A DNA stretch of 64,000 bases. It comes from Bispira polyomma. Lineage: Eukaryota. Under the pieces are notes generated by a model. It worked only from the letters and a program-made list of their open reading frames with translations, was not told the DNA's origin and did no database searches. This document shows, one piece after another, positions 36,695 to 50,047 of this stretch; within the stretch, counting starts at the first letter, position 1, and each line of letters starts with the position of its first letter. Both the position numbers and the translations under genes were made by a program. Where the stretch lies: positions 59,210,001 to 59,274,000 of the forward strand of contig OZ287749.1 of the NCBI GenBank assembly GCA_965649765.1, given 5' to 3'.

Positions 36695-38454
36695 AGTAAG
36701 ATGTGTTCACAACTCTAAAGTCCTAATATATCATCTTAGTTCTGCCATTTTAACTGCAAATAGTGTGAGATTTGGTATAGAAATAGAAGACTGAGCATGG
36801 ATTAGTGCTTGATCTATTGGGTATGGTGTAGAGTTTGTTGGATTATGCCGCTTATGTCATATCTACTGAAGCACTGTAAACCACCAACCTACGGAAAATA
36901 CCTGACAAACTTTCCCACAGGAAGGAACAAAAAGGAATTGAACCCACATTGGTGAACCACTAGGCACTATTCTAATTTTAGTCAATATAACAAATACAGC
37001 ATTTTCCTATTGTTTTATACTAAATACCTATTATATTGTATAAATCTTCTATTGTCTGAACACTCTCTGGGTCTCAACATATAGCTCTCTTAAAACATAT
37101 AGGTTCCACTGTTATTATCATATTGTGTTCAATTGGTTCATCATTTAAACACTTTCAAAGTGAAATCTAGCATTTACTTAACAATACAGGATTAACCCAT
37201 TTGCTGTAATAAGCATTTCGTGCCAGTATGGTAATATTTGACTACACAAAAGACAACCTGAGACTTAATACCAGTAAGGGTTCCTATTATGATGCATTTT
37301 CTTTCCACACAATTATCCAGCAATTATGTAGTCCATGTATTGGGTGACTGCAATAGGATTACATAACAAGTTATTTGTACAGTAAAAATAGTAGTTATAA
37401 AGCAAGTGCTGAATAATGTAGATGTAAGTTGCTAAGCTATAACTAGCTATATGTATGTGACAATGTGTACAAATGTTATTATACTCCAAGGCCAACTTTG
37501 CTATAACTTGTGCCATGTTTTTAACAGTCAATAAATTATGTAAATTATGATGGAATCTTATCTTTTTGTTTCTATATACACTGGTAAATCAATGACTTTA
37601 ATATATGACATGAAATCTCTATTAAGTGAATACAATATAAAGTTGAAATATTTGGACAATTTTCATCTACATAGATGAAATAATCACGAATAAGTAAAGA
37701 CAAATTTTGGATCCACCCTGTAATATGCTAAAATATTCAATGGATCATTCATTGGTTGAAACAACATCCTTCTACTAAATTCAATGTAAATTAGTTTTCT
37801 ACTTTCCTTTCCTTTCCTAACCTTGGTGACCAACCAGCCAAGAACTCAAAGGACACAATTATATATCAGAAGACCATAAGCCATGTGTGATACAGAAAAC
37901 AATGGAGATTTCATACAGTATGGAGTATGGAAAACAATGGAGATTTCATACAGTATGACAAAACAACTGGATATACATGGATGTATATTTAGTGATCCTA
38001 AGTAGTGAACCATAAAGCCTTACATTCCATAATCTTTGGACTTAAAAATTGCACCTTAACAGCTTCACCATGTGCTGTATCCTCCTTCAGGAGATACCCC
38101 AAGTCCTCATGGCTCATGTCGAGTTTTGGTTGCTTTTCTTTTTCCTTTCCTAGCATTAGTTCTTTCTTCTGCATCACATGTTTCCTTTCTTGTTAATTAC
38201 CATTGTTTCAGTCTTTGACCACTCCCAGTGCTAAAGGCCGGTGCCAGAATATATGCCTCGAGTGCCTGCCCCCTTTCTTCCGCTCTACCTTTTTTGACCA
38301 AAATTGGTCAATCCTTCCTTGCCTCCATGGACAATGTGAACACCTCATCTTTATGCTTTCAACTTCACATAACCCGTCGTCCTAATCCCAGGGTAAATAG
38401 TATATGGATCCCTCTGTGGAGAAGTCAGCATAAATCAAGGCCCCACAGTATCCA

Positions 38455-40830
38455 TGCTCAAGATCGATGCATTTAATGCCCATTCCTTGCTGAATAAGGC
38501 ACCTGCGGCTATTGATTTAGTCATAGCCCAGGATCTGGATGTTGCTGCCATCTCTAAGATGTGGCTCAGCAGCAGGGATACCACATCTTTTTTTGACTGA
38601 TATAACTCCTCCGGGTTACAAATTTTTTCACTCTCCTAGGTTGCACAAACGCGGAGGAGGAGTAGGCATCTTTGTAAAAAATGCTTTTTCCTGTGAAATT
38701 CTAAAAAAATCAGTCCTACTCTTCTTTTGAATCCATCTCATGTAAAATTTCTAATGGTTGTCACTCATTCCTGGTTTCTTCTTTTTACTGACCCCCACCC
38801 CTTCTCTAGCCACCATTACTCAAGAGTTTTCCGAATTTCTTGAGACCCTAAACATTCTCCCATATGAAGCTATCATCCTTGGCGATTTCAACATCAAGGT
38901 AGACATAATAAATACTGTAACCAAAAATATTTCAACAACCTCCTTAACACTTTTAGTTTCTCACAGTTTATCTCTAGTTCAACCCACATCCACAATCACA
39001 TACTCAAACTGGTAATTGCAAGACCAAATTCAAATCTCATCAGTGAATCATGGGTAACTGATGGGATTTCGAATCACCTATCAATCTTTGCCTTTTTAAA
39101 TTTGCCAGTACCTGCCTCACAGAAACCTTGTGTGATAAAATACAGAAACATCAGAAAAATCAATATAAATAAATTTAGAGACGACATCCTGAAATCAAAT
39201 CTTATTAAACATACATGCAAAAATGCTGAAATGCTGAAAGCTTACAATACAATCATTGCCTTTCTACCATCCTGGATAAACATACGCCTTTGGTATCTAA
39301 AATCCTCCCCTCAACAAACCCCCATAAACAGACCAACGCCACCATTACAGAGGCAAAAATGCCAACTTGACCGTCGTACTAGATCCTCCTTTGATAGAAG
39401 CCATTACCGCATCGCCACAAATAATTTCTAATATCTTTCGCTAATATCTGATGCAAAAAAAAAAACATTACGACTCTATCATCAATGAAAATTAGGATAA
39501 TCTCAATAGGTTGTGGGCCTCCATAAACAAAATTCTACATCGAACATCGGAGAAAGTTCTCCCCATAAACCACTGCCTTACTTTTTTAGCCGAAAAATGT
39601 AACTCCCTTGACTAAAAAACAAGGGCTTGATAAAAACCAGCTCAAAAACTACAGACCCGTGTTAAACCTCAGCTTCGTCTCAAAATTTATCGAGAAAACT
39701 GTAGCTTAACAAATTTCTGACCACCTAAATAGACAAAACATTGAAAATTGCCACCAGTCTGCTTACGGAAAATTCCACTCTACAGAAAGTGCCCTTTTTT
39801 CAATTAGCAATGATATCAATCTTGCACTGGACCGCAACGACACAATGGCCCTCACCTTTCTGGATCTCTTAGCTTCATTGGACACTATTTATCACGTCCT
39901 GCTCTGCGACACTCTCAAGCAGTGGTTTGGTATAAATGGCAGTGTCCTTAAATGGATCAGATCCTACCTTACTCTTAGGGCACAAAGAATTAAATTAGAT
40001 GATTACCTATCATCTTCCATAAAGCTATCATATGGAGTACCCCAGGGATCCGTCCCTGGTCCTCTAATTTTCACCCTTTATACACATCCTCTCAGCACTG
40101 CCATCAATAAACATATTATAAAACATCACATGAATGCGGATGATACTCAAGTCTATCTCTCTCTCTCAATCCACAAAATGCAAATACCAAAAAGAGACCT
40201 ACTTGCAGACTGTCTGTCCGATGTCCAGGGATGGATGAACTACTCCAAACTAAAACTTAACCCGGACAAAACATAATTCATCCTCATAGGTAACAAGAAA
40301 AACAGTGAACTCCTAAAATCTTTGTCTCCCATCTCCCTGCTGAGAAAAGACCCACTACCTTCCGAAAATGCCAAAAACCTAGCGGTCACTTTTGATTTAG
40401 CTTTTTCTTTCGACACTCATAGTGCCAACATCTGTCGCTCCGGCTATTACCATTTACGCAACATCAAAAGAATCAGAAACCACCTGTCCATAGACACAGC
40501 GATAACTGTGCATGTGGCAAATGCCCTTGTGAGTACCCGCCTCGACTACTGCAACTCTCTTTTGTACGGAGCAAACAAGTCACATATTAAAAAGTTCCAG
40601 ACCATCCAAAACTGCCTATGTAGGGTCATATTTTGCCCGGGTTGTCGCCCAGACGTCAATCCTTACCTTAAAAAATTACACTGGCTGCCCATTCATTCTC
40701 GTATTTTGTTCAAGATTTACGTTACTACTTTTAAGGCTGTAGTCACTCAACAGCCCTCCTACCTTGCCTCCTTTCTCTCCTTTAGTAACCGCATAAGAGT
40801 TCTCCACTGCAGCTCCACTGTTATGGAACA
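38455..40830 (+). mobile_element. Decayed non-LTR retrotransposon (L2/CR1 group) ORF2: AP endonuclease plus reverse transcriptase
   Basis: Endonuclease motifs PPGYKFFHSPR..RGGGVGIFVK and IILGDFNI; RT motifs YGVPQGSVPGPLIFTLY, ADDTQVY, LKLNPDKT; C-terminal RLDYCNSLL and LHWLP. Many stops, frameshifts and an internal deletion near 39590. Confidence 0.93.
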
Positions 40831-41374
40831 GTCTCTGAGTCGACCTCAGATCAGTTGACACACTTATCGGTTCTAGGAAAAAGCTTAAAACCTATCTTAT
40901 TAACTTTGCACTTTAGAAGATGCCTAGCATCAATAAAGTGTGTTAAAAATTCATAATAATAATAATATTGACTCAATTTAGTATTACATATTCCCACATA
41001 AATGAGATAATGAATTTGTCTGGAACATTCTTCGGTATCCTGTCTCAATTCAATTGACAAAAAATGACAATATAATTTGAAGGATTATGAGCTATATTAC
41101 ATTTTAAAGGCATTGTTGTCAAGATATTTCGTTCCACAGAGAAATACTTAGGTCTGAAACAAATATTAACCCTATGTTAGTTTAGCCTCGAATATACATA
41201 CTCAAACCAAGGACATGCAATTAAATCTCAATGCCATCTGTAACTATCGATCCAATTCCAAATTTAATGGATTCTTCCTTGGTCCATGTCCTGTCCCTTT
41301 CACGTAAATCAGTTCAGTAGTTTCAAGGTGGGAAACAAACAAGTCCAAACAGGCGAAAAAACATCCTCCTTTGA

Positions 41375-42090
41375 GGTGTACTGGTGTATTAGTACAGAAT
41401 GTCTAGCTATAGTATAGAAACATTCTACTCACTTAGATGTTAGTGTGTGGTGTACTGGTATATTAGTACAGCATGTCTAGCTATAGTATAGAACCATTAT
41501 ATTCCCCTTTCTTTTAAATTTGGATATTTAACGTCCACTTTAGTACCTGTTTAGGTTATATTGGGACGGGTAGTTGGAAAAGCTGGAGGAAACACTGCAT
41601 ACAGTTGATCAAGGTTCTGCACTGAAACCAGCGACCCACAGTAAGGAGCTACCACCTTTCCCATAGGCATCGACGGGATTCGAACTCACGCCGGCCAGAG
41701 GTGAGAGACCGGTGATTGTGAAGCGCAAAACTTGCTAACCACTAGGCCACTGCGGCCCCTTTATACTTACTTAGATGGTAGTGTGTGGTGTTCTGGTGTA
41801 TTAGTACAGCATGTACAGCTATAGTTTATAATCATTATAATCACTTAGATGGTAGTGTGTGGTGTACTAGTGTATTAGTACAACATGTCTAGCTATACTA
41901 TAGAACCATTATACTCACTTAGATGGTAGTGTGTGGTGTACTAGTGTATTAGTACAACATGTCTAGCTATACTATAGAACCATTATACTTACTTAGATGG
42001 TAGTGTATGGTGTACTAGTGTATTAGTACAGCATGCACAGCTATAGTATAGAACCATTATACTCGCTCAGACGGCAGTTGCGGTGTACCA
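41375..42090. repeat. 74-bp minisatellite (~6 units) interrupted by a SINE
   Basis: Units start GGTGTACT at 41375, 41449, 41787, 41861, 41935, 42009 and 42082 (partial). Confidence 0.92.
41502..41760 (-). mobile_element. Young full-length tRNA-derived SINE (V-SINE-like)
   Basis: Reverse strand GGGGCCGCAGTGGCCTAGTGGTTAGC...GAGTTCGAATCCC...GTTTCCTCCAGC; TTATA duplicated at 41497-41501 and 41761-41765; near-identical to 51255-51482. Confidence 0.9.
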
Positions 42091-43329
42091 GCATCAACTC
42101 CAACTGTTTCCCTAATACTGGTTTCCTCCACTGCTAAATATGATCTGCCCAATATGATCAGAGATGTTAAAAGTCATGTAAAACCCTATTATATTTAAAT
42201 AATTCATTGAAATGGGGAAAGAAAATAACCATGATATATAGAATATGTTTAACCTTTTAATCAAATTTTTGATCTGTGATCCTGATTTTCATCCTTTGAC
42301 TCATAGCACATGATATGAGTGGGTATTGTAACATATGTAACTGCCTGTGTGATATGGTTTATAGCCACTGCTTACAATAAAGTTAACAAATGGCTGGGGT
42401 ACAGGGTCAGGAGATATTCACAATATAATACTAGGAACCCATACATGAGAGGCCGACATTTGATCCATTCCCTGAAAACTTATCTTAGTTGTAAATTAGT
42501 GATTAATTTCTATCAGATCTATTTTTGTTTCTACATTATCGCTGTGTTATCAATAGCTGAGGTGGACACAATGAATGATGAGTAATTTTAACTCAGTAAT
42601 TTTATTACACTTTTTTCCAGAACAAATTGTTAAATTATAAAGATACTCTCAGTTTGCAGTTCATAAGCCTTGGCCAACTAACCTGTCCTGCTTTCCTCCA
42701 ACCAATACACTGCCTGACGTGATATAATAAGCAGTTGTTGATAAAGACATTAAATCAAATTAACTTAATGTAATGTCACATTCGTAAGCAGTAAATATAA
42801 TAGAAATCACTTTACAGTTGGTTGTGTGCTATGAAAATTATGTTAAAATGCCAAGTCTCAAGTCAAAATGTGCCAAACAAGTTCATAATAAATAAGCTTC
42901 TGGGTTCTTTTTCAATATTCTATGACGCCATATGAAAAAATCTGTGCCATTCTGGTATAAAAAGTTAGCTTTTGTGTGCTGTGGTGACCTATTAATTGGT
43001 ATTTTCTGGTGGCGTAGTTTTGTGCATAAAGGAGGCTTTGTAAAGTAATTTTCACATTGATAGAATCTCTTGGAAGAAAAAAAAACAAACTTGTACCAGC
43101 CATAATTAAACAGAATTGCATAATTAGCCAATGGTAAATGCAGTTTTATTAGTGCAGCAGTTTTCTGTATGGATTACCCTGCTTTTCTGGCCTTTCCTTG
43201 GGACTGACATTTTTCCACAAATTGCAAACACATTGTGTTGGCTTGGTTCAGTCGGGTGGGTAACAATCCAATCTGAATGAAGGATGTTCTACTCTTACAA
43301 AGTTCATAGGCACAAGTGTTAATTACTTC

Positions 43330-43452
43330 GTTTGATGGGCAGACGATGATCTAGTATAATTAGATATTACCTATATCTAGACTAGTGCTAGTTTGATGGG
43401 CAGACTATGAACTGGTATAATTAGATATTACCTATATCTAGACTAGTGCTAT
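43330..43452. repeat. 62-bp tandem duplication
   Basis: GTTTGATGGGCAGAC...TTAGATATTACCTATATCTAGACTAGTGCTA twice. Confidence 0.85.
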
Positions 43453-44173
43453 TAGGTAGTCAGGGACAGTGTTCTTCACACTATGCTGTTATACGCTGAG
43501 ACGTTTACAAAAGGTAACAACCCCATCTATAAAATATCATTAAAGCCTGCGTCCCACACCCTTATTCAACCACTTTGTGATCCTTGCGTTGGTGATGTGT
43601 GGTCAACTCGACCCGTGCACTTCTGGAACGACCACTCCTGCTGTAAGTTATCTACCGAGATCTACCACAATCTACCACCTAAATTTTAACAATTCCTTTG
43701 CATGCTCATGCGATGCATATAGTATCATAAAGATGCTAATCCCCCCCCCTCCCCCCCGTTCTATCCAGAAGGGTGCAGCATATCACAATATCGTCGTTAT
43801 CCTTTATTATCCATCAGAAGGATAAAGTTTATCCAAATTTACTAGGACTCTCCTTGTATTTGTCTTAAACATTAAAATCTTCAAATAGCGGTACAATATC
43901 CTCCATATCACATTTTACCCCATCTAAAATGTACAGGGATTATCGTCCATCCCAGAAATAGGGTAGATCCTGCACCATACTCCTTCTATCTCACTTTCAA
44001 GTCTTTTAAACTCGACCATGGGACGAATATGTGCGACCAGCTTCTCACAGTGCTCTCATGGGAATCTCTTTCATAAATCGCAATGAAGAACCCGGCTTAA
44101 AGGTAAGCTTTCCACTCACTTAGTCAGTAATAGTTTTTCAGGCCATTTCTTCTTTTTTTCTAATGCACTTATA

Positions 44174-44175
<2 letters not shown>

Positions 44176-44214
<39 letters not shown>
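44176..44214. repeat. (TTA)n microsatellite
   Basis: About 12-13 TAT/TTA units. Confidence 0.95.
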
Positions 44215-44216
<2 letters not shown>

Positions 44217-45214
44217 GCAATTTGCCTTTTCCGTCCATTTCCGTCTATAAATGTCTGATACCATACATAATGTTTCTAGATAAGTTATTAAATGGAAGTA
44301 GGCGGAAACTCCTGTTGAAGAATTGTTGATAAAATGGACCAATATCTTTTGTTTCCCAACTCTTACTGTAGAGTAAGAGTATGGTACCTTGTAGTACCTT
44401 GCAGTACCTTCTAATTCCTGGTTGTATTAAACCCTCACACACCTCTCGATGAATGCTGTGGTACTATGGAGATATCTCCTGTTATAGGATTCAAACTTTG
44501 AGAGTATGGACAGATGGTAACAGACGTTATGAAAATCGCCTTGTAGTGCAGGGACCCTATCTATAAGCTTACTTCCCATACATTCTAGTTGAACTTTACA
44601 ATCAGCTCCTAACTTATTTTACTGAACAGGGGCGGCTATAGCCAAATAATTGATGTGCTAATGGGGCTTTCACACTTTCCCTTTTTCCGTTTTCACTCTA
44701 CCCCGTTCCTCCGTCCAGTTCGACCCTAAAATCAAAAAAACCCTCTATGGCGTGAGAAAGTCTCCTATTCCTCCATTTCTGTTCTTTTTTCACGTCCAAT
44801 ACCTTTCTGTTCCAATGTCTGCCTTTTCAAGTCAATACAAATTAGTTATTGATCCATGTACGAAACGAATACTCCAGATTCCTCTGGATGATATATATTT
44901 TTATCTTGCTCTTCACGGTTTTATCTGGAGACCTACTGTATAACAATTGATATTGAACCGATGCATCCAATTTATATATGTCCCCGTCCAAAGGCTTCTG
45001 TTCAACTCCTTTCTGGACATGTTAGTATCACGTGATCGAAATGGTACTTCCTTTTTAATGACGTCTATAATAACGTTGCCATAACATTTCACACACCTGT
45101 CTCAAAAACCTATATAATAATCACTATTTCACAGACTGTTCTCATTAATTATTCCCATTTTGGAAAGAGAAAATATAATATTTATTTATAACATATAATA
45201 TTTATTACAACAAC

Positions 45215-46500
45215 ATGGATCAACAATGTTTATGATTTCTGTAGATTTCTACAATGACATTTTGGATGGACCTAGAGATAGATATGCTGGCACTAATTGC
45301 TGTGCAAGGCGGTCAACAGATAGGGGGCATAGAGAGGGGTCAAGAAGCTGCTGGTTTCGACCCTGGCTTCTTGGCAGGCCAATCTTCAGCCAGTATGATC
45401 ACCTCATGGCAGAGCTAGAAAGAGAAAACATTGCATCATTTAGAAACTTCATCAGGATGGATCCAGCATTATTCCAAGAGCTACTGAATAGGGCTGACCC
45501 AAGGATATCCAAGAAGGTCTCCTTTGCCAGAAAACCAATGAGTGTGGGCTGCAAACTTGCAATCACCTTGAGGCACTTAGCTACAAGTGACAGTTATCAT
45601 AGATGATGTATGGGTCCAGGGTAGCGCACAACACTATTGCTGGGATTGTGAAGAAAGTCTGTACTGCTATAGTTGCAGAGTACATGCACGAAGTCATTCT
45701 CCTGCCAAGCATACCAACAGAATGGTGACTAGTGGCTGAGGGATTCTCTAATAGCTGGAACTTTCATCATACCCTAGGTGGTATAGATGTAAAACATGTG
45801 GCAATCAAGTGTCCTCCAAGGGTTGGTTCCAAGGGGATTCACTCTATAGTTCTCCTGGCTTTAGTGGACTTGGACTATAAGTTTATGTGGCTGGATTTTG
45901 GAAGCAATAAGTCGTGTTCAGATGCCTAGATCGTCAATGAGTCTTCTCTCAGGAATGCGCTCATCAGTGACCAGCTTGGCTGGCCTGCCTCCACCTGAGC
46001 CACTGCCAAATGATGATAGAGACACCCCTACTTCTTTATTGGTGATGATGCATTTGCCCTACAGACCTGGATGATGAAAGCCTTTGCAAAGAGACGACTG
46101 ACTGTGTCTGAGAAAATATACAACTATAGGTTGTCCAGAGCAAGGAGGGTCGTTAAAAATGCATTTGGCATACTGGCCAGCCATTTTAACTGTTTCCCAG
46201 CCACAAGACAACAGCAGCCTGATGTGATGAATGACTTGATGATATCTTGCTGTTGCCTGCACAACATTATGCACCTGCGTTACTCCCAAGCACACTAGGG
46301 ACTAGCTGATGAGGAAGACCATGATCACAGATTGGTCAGGGAAGGGTGGAGGAATGCTGCAACATGGCAGACATGGGGGATATACAACACGGCAACCGGC
46401 TGACTGTGGCAGCAAAAAGGCAAAGGCTGTATTTAAAGCATTACTAGAGCAGCCCAGCAGGTACAGTGCCATAACAAGACGAGATGATCTAGAAGCCGAC
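45215..46500 (+). pseudogene. Decayed PIF/Harbinger DDE transposase (HARBI1-like)
   Basis: WFRPWL, FRNFIRM..LFQELL, LAITLRHLATSDSY, WNFHHTLGGIDVKHV, SIVLLALVD..YKF, YFFIGDDAFAL, YNYRLSRARRVVKNAFGILA, CCLHN, spread over several frames with stops. Confidence 0.92.
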
Positions 46501-46759
46501 CGATATCCTACCACAGGGTCGTAATACCCAGACAATACTTAGTATTGCCACAAATAGGTTTTTTAAGAGCCACAAAAATCATTTAAAAATAGTTATTAAG
46601 TTGTTTTGTTCCAAGAAAACAAAAAACACAACTGTCCCCGAAAACAAGAAAGACTAATGAACACAAGACATCATTACACAAGGCAACAAATCCAATAAAA
46701 TCCAAGCAATGATAACCCGCCAACCCACCCCCCAACAAAAAAAAAAATTTTAAAAAAAT

Positions 46760-47430
46760 TAAACAAAGTCACTCAAATTTTTTGAGCCCTTTCTTAAAAG
46801 TATCCATACTATCTTGTCAAGAAATGGGATTTGAACCCAGCACTTTGTAGTGAAAAGTCTCCAGTACCAAACAAACGTTGCTGAGGTGTTGTAGGCTGAC
46901 AGAGTTCCCAGCTCAGATAAGATTCTGCTGAGGCTAAGGGAGGAATCCCTTTTGGTGGTGCTTTCCACTAGGACCGTTCCTGGTGCAGTTAAGTTGGCGA
47001 GGCTGTAGCTGGTGCTGGCTACTCGACTTTTGGGTTGAGCTGGTCTGAGGTATGGGGGTGGCATGGAAGTCATCATATGGGATCTTTGGTGCCCGGGAAG
47101 AATACTTTTTTCCCTCGCCTTCTACTGCTGCTCCTGCTCCATGTGCTTTTCAGACTTTGTGGCGTACTTCTGCATCATTAAGAAGCTCTCTGTGTTAATA
47201 TCGTTCATGAACTTCAGGTGAATTTTCTTAATTTGGGCCTAGGCCTAGGCATCTTGAGCCGACTCTTCAGTGGGCTTGTGCATGAACTCCTTCAACTGGG
47301 TCCCCATGGTCTTGCTACTCTGGGCCATTTCCCCCAGGAGCACCATCAGTTTATCAGTAACGGTAGGGATGGGTGTGGTCTTCTTTGCCGACCTCCTTCC
47401 AGTGCTCTGGTGGTATTTCCGATTATGTAA
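46760..47430 (-). pseudogene. Probable remnant of the second, convergent Harbinger ORF (C-terminal part)
   Basis: Coding-like, GC-richer fragments convergent with the transposase, as in the two-gene Harbinger layout; no Myb/SANT motif recognised. Confidence 0.45.
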
Positions 47431-48167
47431 AGTAAAAAAATATATATGCAGTCTACTGCCCTGCCATCTAACTACATTTACACCCCAAACGATTCCCTGA
47501 TATATTTGGATTTTCATTTTTTAAAAAATTTTGAAAATACAGTCATTCGGTGTTTCACCAACAGTAAAGACGTGTAAGAAAGTCTAGGTGTAAGGCTGCT
47601 GGTTTTGGTTAGAATCGGAGAAGACATGATATTAACTATTTGTAGGTCAATTTGAAACAAAAAGGTTACATTTTATTTTTTTTAATCAGTGAAGTTTTTT
47701 AAAATAGTGAATATATCACAAACTCTAGAATCCAACTAGTGGACAATCTGCTGTTAGTTGACCATATATCCAAGTCCGTGTATTTACACGATTACCATTT
47801 ACACATCCTTTGCAAGCATAAAAAACAACAATGTTTACAAACCAAAAAGCCAACACCAAACATCGGCTGCATCTGGTATGTAGAATTTTTAGAAACACAC
47901 CAACTTAAAATAGTCAGGAAAGTGAGGACCCCCCCACCCACCCCCACCTTATACTCCAATATATAGATATATTCACACACAACCAAAATCCATTTCAGAG
48001 AGTTATGTAACCCAGTGACGTCATTCAAGGTATACCCCCTACTTTCATATCTCGCCTATGTTTGCACTACATTATCTCCATAGTCTATCTCAATCATATG
48101 TCTACTCCCAATGTTGACACAATGTCAGATTCCTTATCTCCACACAGTACATTCCCACCTGGAATCT

Positions 48168-48697
48168 TCCCCACCTACCCTTACCCCACCCCAAAACACA
48201 CAGTACTTCCCCGCCTACCCTTACCCCACCCCAAAACACACAGTACTTCCCCGCCTACCCTTACCCCACCCCAAAACACACAGTACTTCCCCACCTACCC
48301 TTACCCCACTCCAAAACACACAGTACTTCCCCGCCTACCCTTACCCCACTCAAAAACACACAGTACTTCCCCGCCTACCCTTACCCCACTCTAAAACACA
48401 CAGTACTTCCCCGCCTACCCTTACCACACTCCAAAACACACAGTACTTCCCCACCTACCCTTACCCCACCCCAAAACACACAGTACTTCCCCGCCTACCC
48501 TTACCCCACTCCAAAACACACAGTACTTCCCCACCTACCCTTACCCCACTCCAAAACACACAGTACTTCCCCGCCTACCCTTACCCCACTCCAAAACACA
48601 CAGTACTTCCCCGCCTACCCTTACCCCACTCCAAAACACACAGTACTTCCCCACCTACCCTTACCCCACCCCAAAACACACAGTACTTCCCCACCTA
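48168..48697. repeat. 40-bp C-rich minisatellite, ~13 copies
   Basis: Unit CAGTACTTCCCC(G/A)CCTACCCTTACCCCAC(C/T)CCAAAACACA; explains ORFs 48062..48394 and 48111..48698. Confidence 0.97.
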
Positions 48698-49785
48698 AAC
48701 ACACACTCAAAGGGGCATACCATAGGCCTTACTTGGTATCATGTATTGATGCCATCCTCTGAAAAAAAGATAAAGATATTTTATTTTCGTGACGTAAGTT
48801 ACAATTTTTTTCTTACTTTTGATATCTAAGACTATGGGATTAAACTTTAAAAGAACACTGTCTTCTGAGGATTCATGTCACACAATACGTAGAAATAAAA
48901 TATACTGTAAATGCATTTACGTTTTGTTAACATTTGTATTATGACACAGCCCCATTGCACACACCTCTGTTATTGGCTAGTGTGATTGGGTTCTCAGCAT
49001 ACGGGTAAGAGGAGGACAGACATGTGATTGATTGTTACTTTTGGGGGGAAATATGGCATCTTGGAAGAGGAGGTATGCACTCAATTGAGTGTCTTTCTGG
49101 GTTGTTTTAAAATATGTTTTTTAAAACAAAGCCCACTTACAAAGTGTACAATGCTATACCCTGAGAGCCACTGACTATTGGGCCTTGTTCAGGACCTGCT
49201 CCTAAAATACATACATAAAAAGGCCCACACATACACACAAGAGTGGGAGCCAGCCCTCCACTACTTCCTGGCTGGAATACCTAATGTCCACAATTGGATT
49301 GGCTAGCCCAGAGTGAAGACATTTAGTGATGACAAGTTGCCGAGTTAATCCGATCAGGCCTACATTAGACATATTACTTGTCACGACATTTCACGGAAAT
49401 CCCTCACTGACGAGCCCGCTCCCTACTTTGCTTCACTAGACACACATAGGGATGGGAGGGGAGGTGGGAGGGGGTTAGTCCAGAATATCCCCCCACCAAC
49501 CCCAGCCCCTCGGGCTGGCCGATTTCATTCCTACCCAATTAGACTAAAACCGTACAGACACGCACGCGGGTTGCCCGTTGAACAAGAATTTGCTTCCAAT
49601 TTCTGTAATTTGCTATCAATAAATCACAGTGGATTAACTATTTCCCCCAATCGTTCTTGTGACTTGCCACAATCTATTTATACTACTTTATCCCTAACTT
49701 GTCGCCCCCCTCCTCTATGTCCCCCCTCCTCCCCTTAGCCAAGACCACTAGCCTGAAAACAGGCGCAAAGTAAGGTAAAGTTTAA

Positions 49786-50047
49786 TGTAAATTTTCATTT
49801 ATATAGCACTTTCTTTAAAAGCGTCCTTTTAAAGCGCTGTACACAGTTTATAGTCTTCGACTATTCAACTAATTGTTTAGTCTCAGCTCCCTCAGGAAGC
49901 GTACTGGCCGTGCTGTCACATATGCTGCACAAAGACTAACCCCTATTAGCGGCCAGGTACCCATTTATACACCTGGGTAGGGAAGGACAACCTTGTGTGA
50001 AGTACCTTGTCCAAGGGTACAATCATCAAGCCAGCAGCGAGAATCTT
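49786..50047 (-). mobile_element. CORE-type SINE, 5'-truncated
   Basis: Reverse strand CCCTTGGACAAGGTACTTCAC, ACCCAGGTGTATAAATGGGTACCTGG, and tail CAGCGCTTT...GTGCTATATAAAT. Confidence 0.75.

Noticed and set aside
38340-38400. Possible 2A-like (DxExNPGP) peptide ahead of the LINE endonuclease
   Set aside because: Only RRPNPRV is readable; the motif is not present.
43541-45100. Possible left terminus or extra MITEs of the Harbinger element (AGCCTGCGTCCCACAC at ~43544, GGGGCTTTCACAC at ~44663)
   Set aside because: I could not find a matching right TIR or TSD, so boundaries are unsupported.
48062-48698. Pro/Thr-rich ORFs of 110 and 195 aa
   Set aside because: Translation of a 40-bp tandem repeat that lacks stops on this strand.
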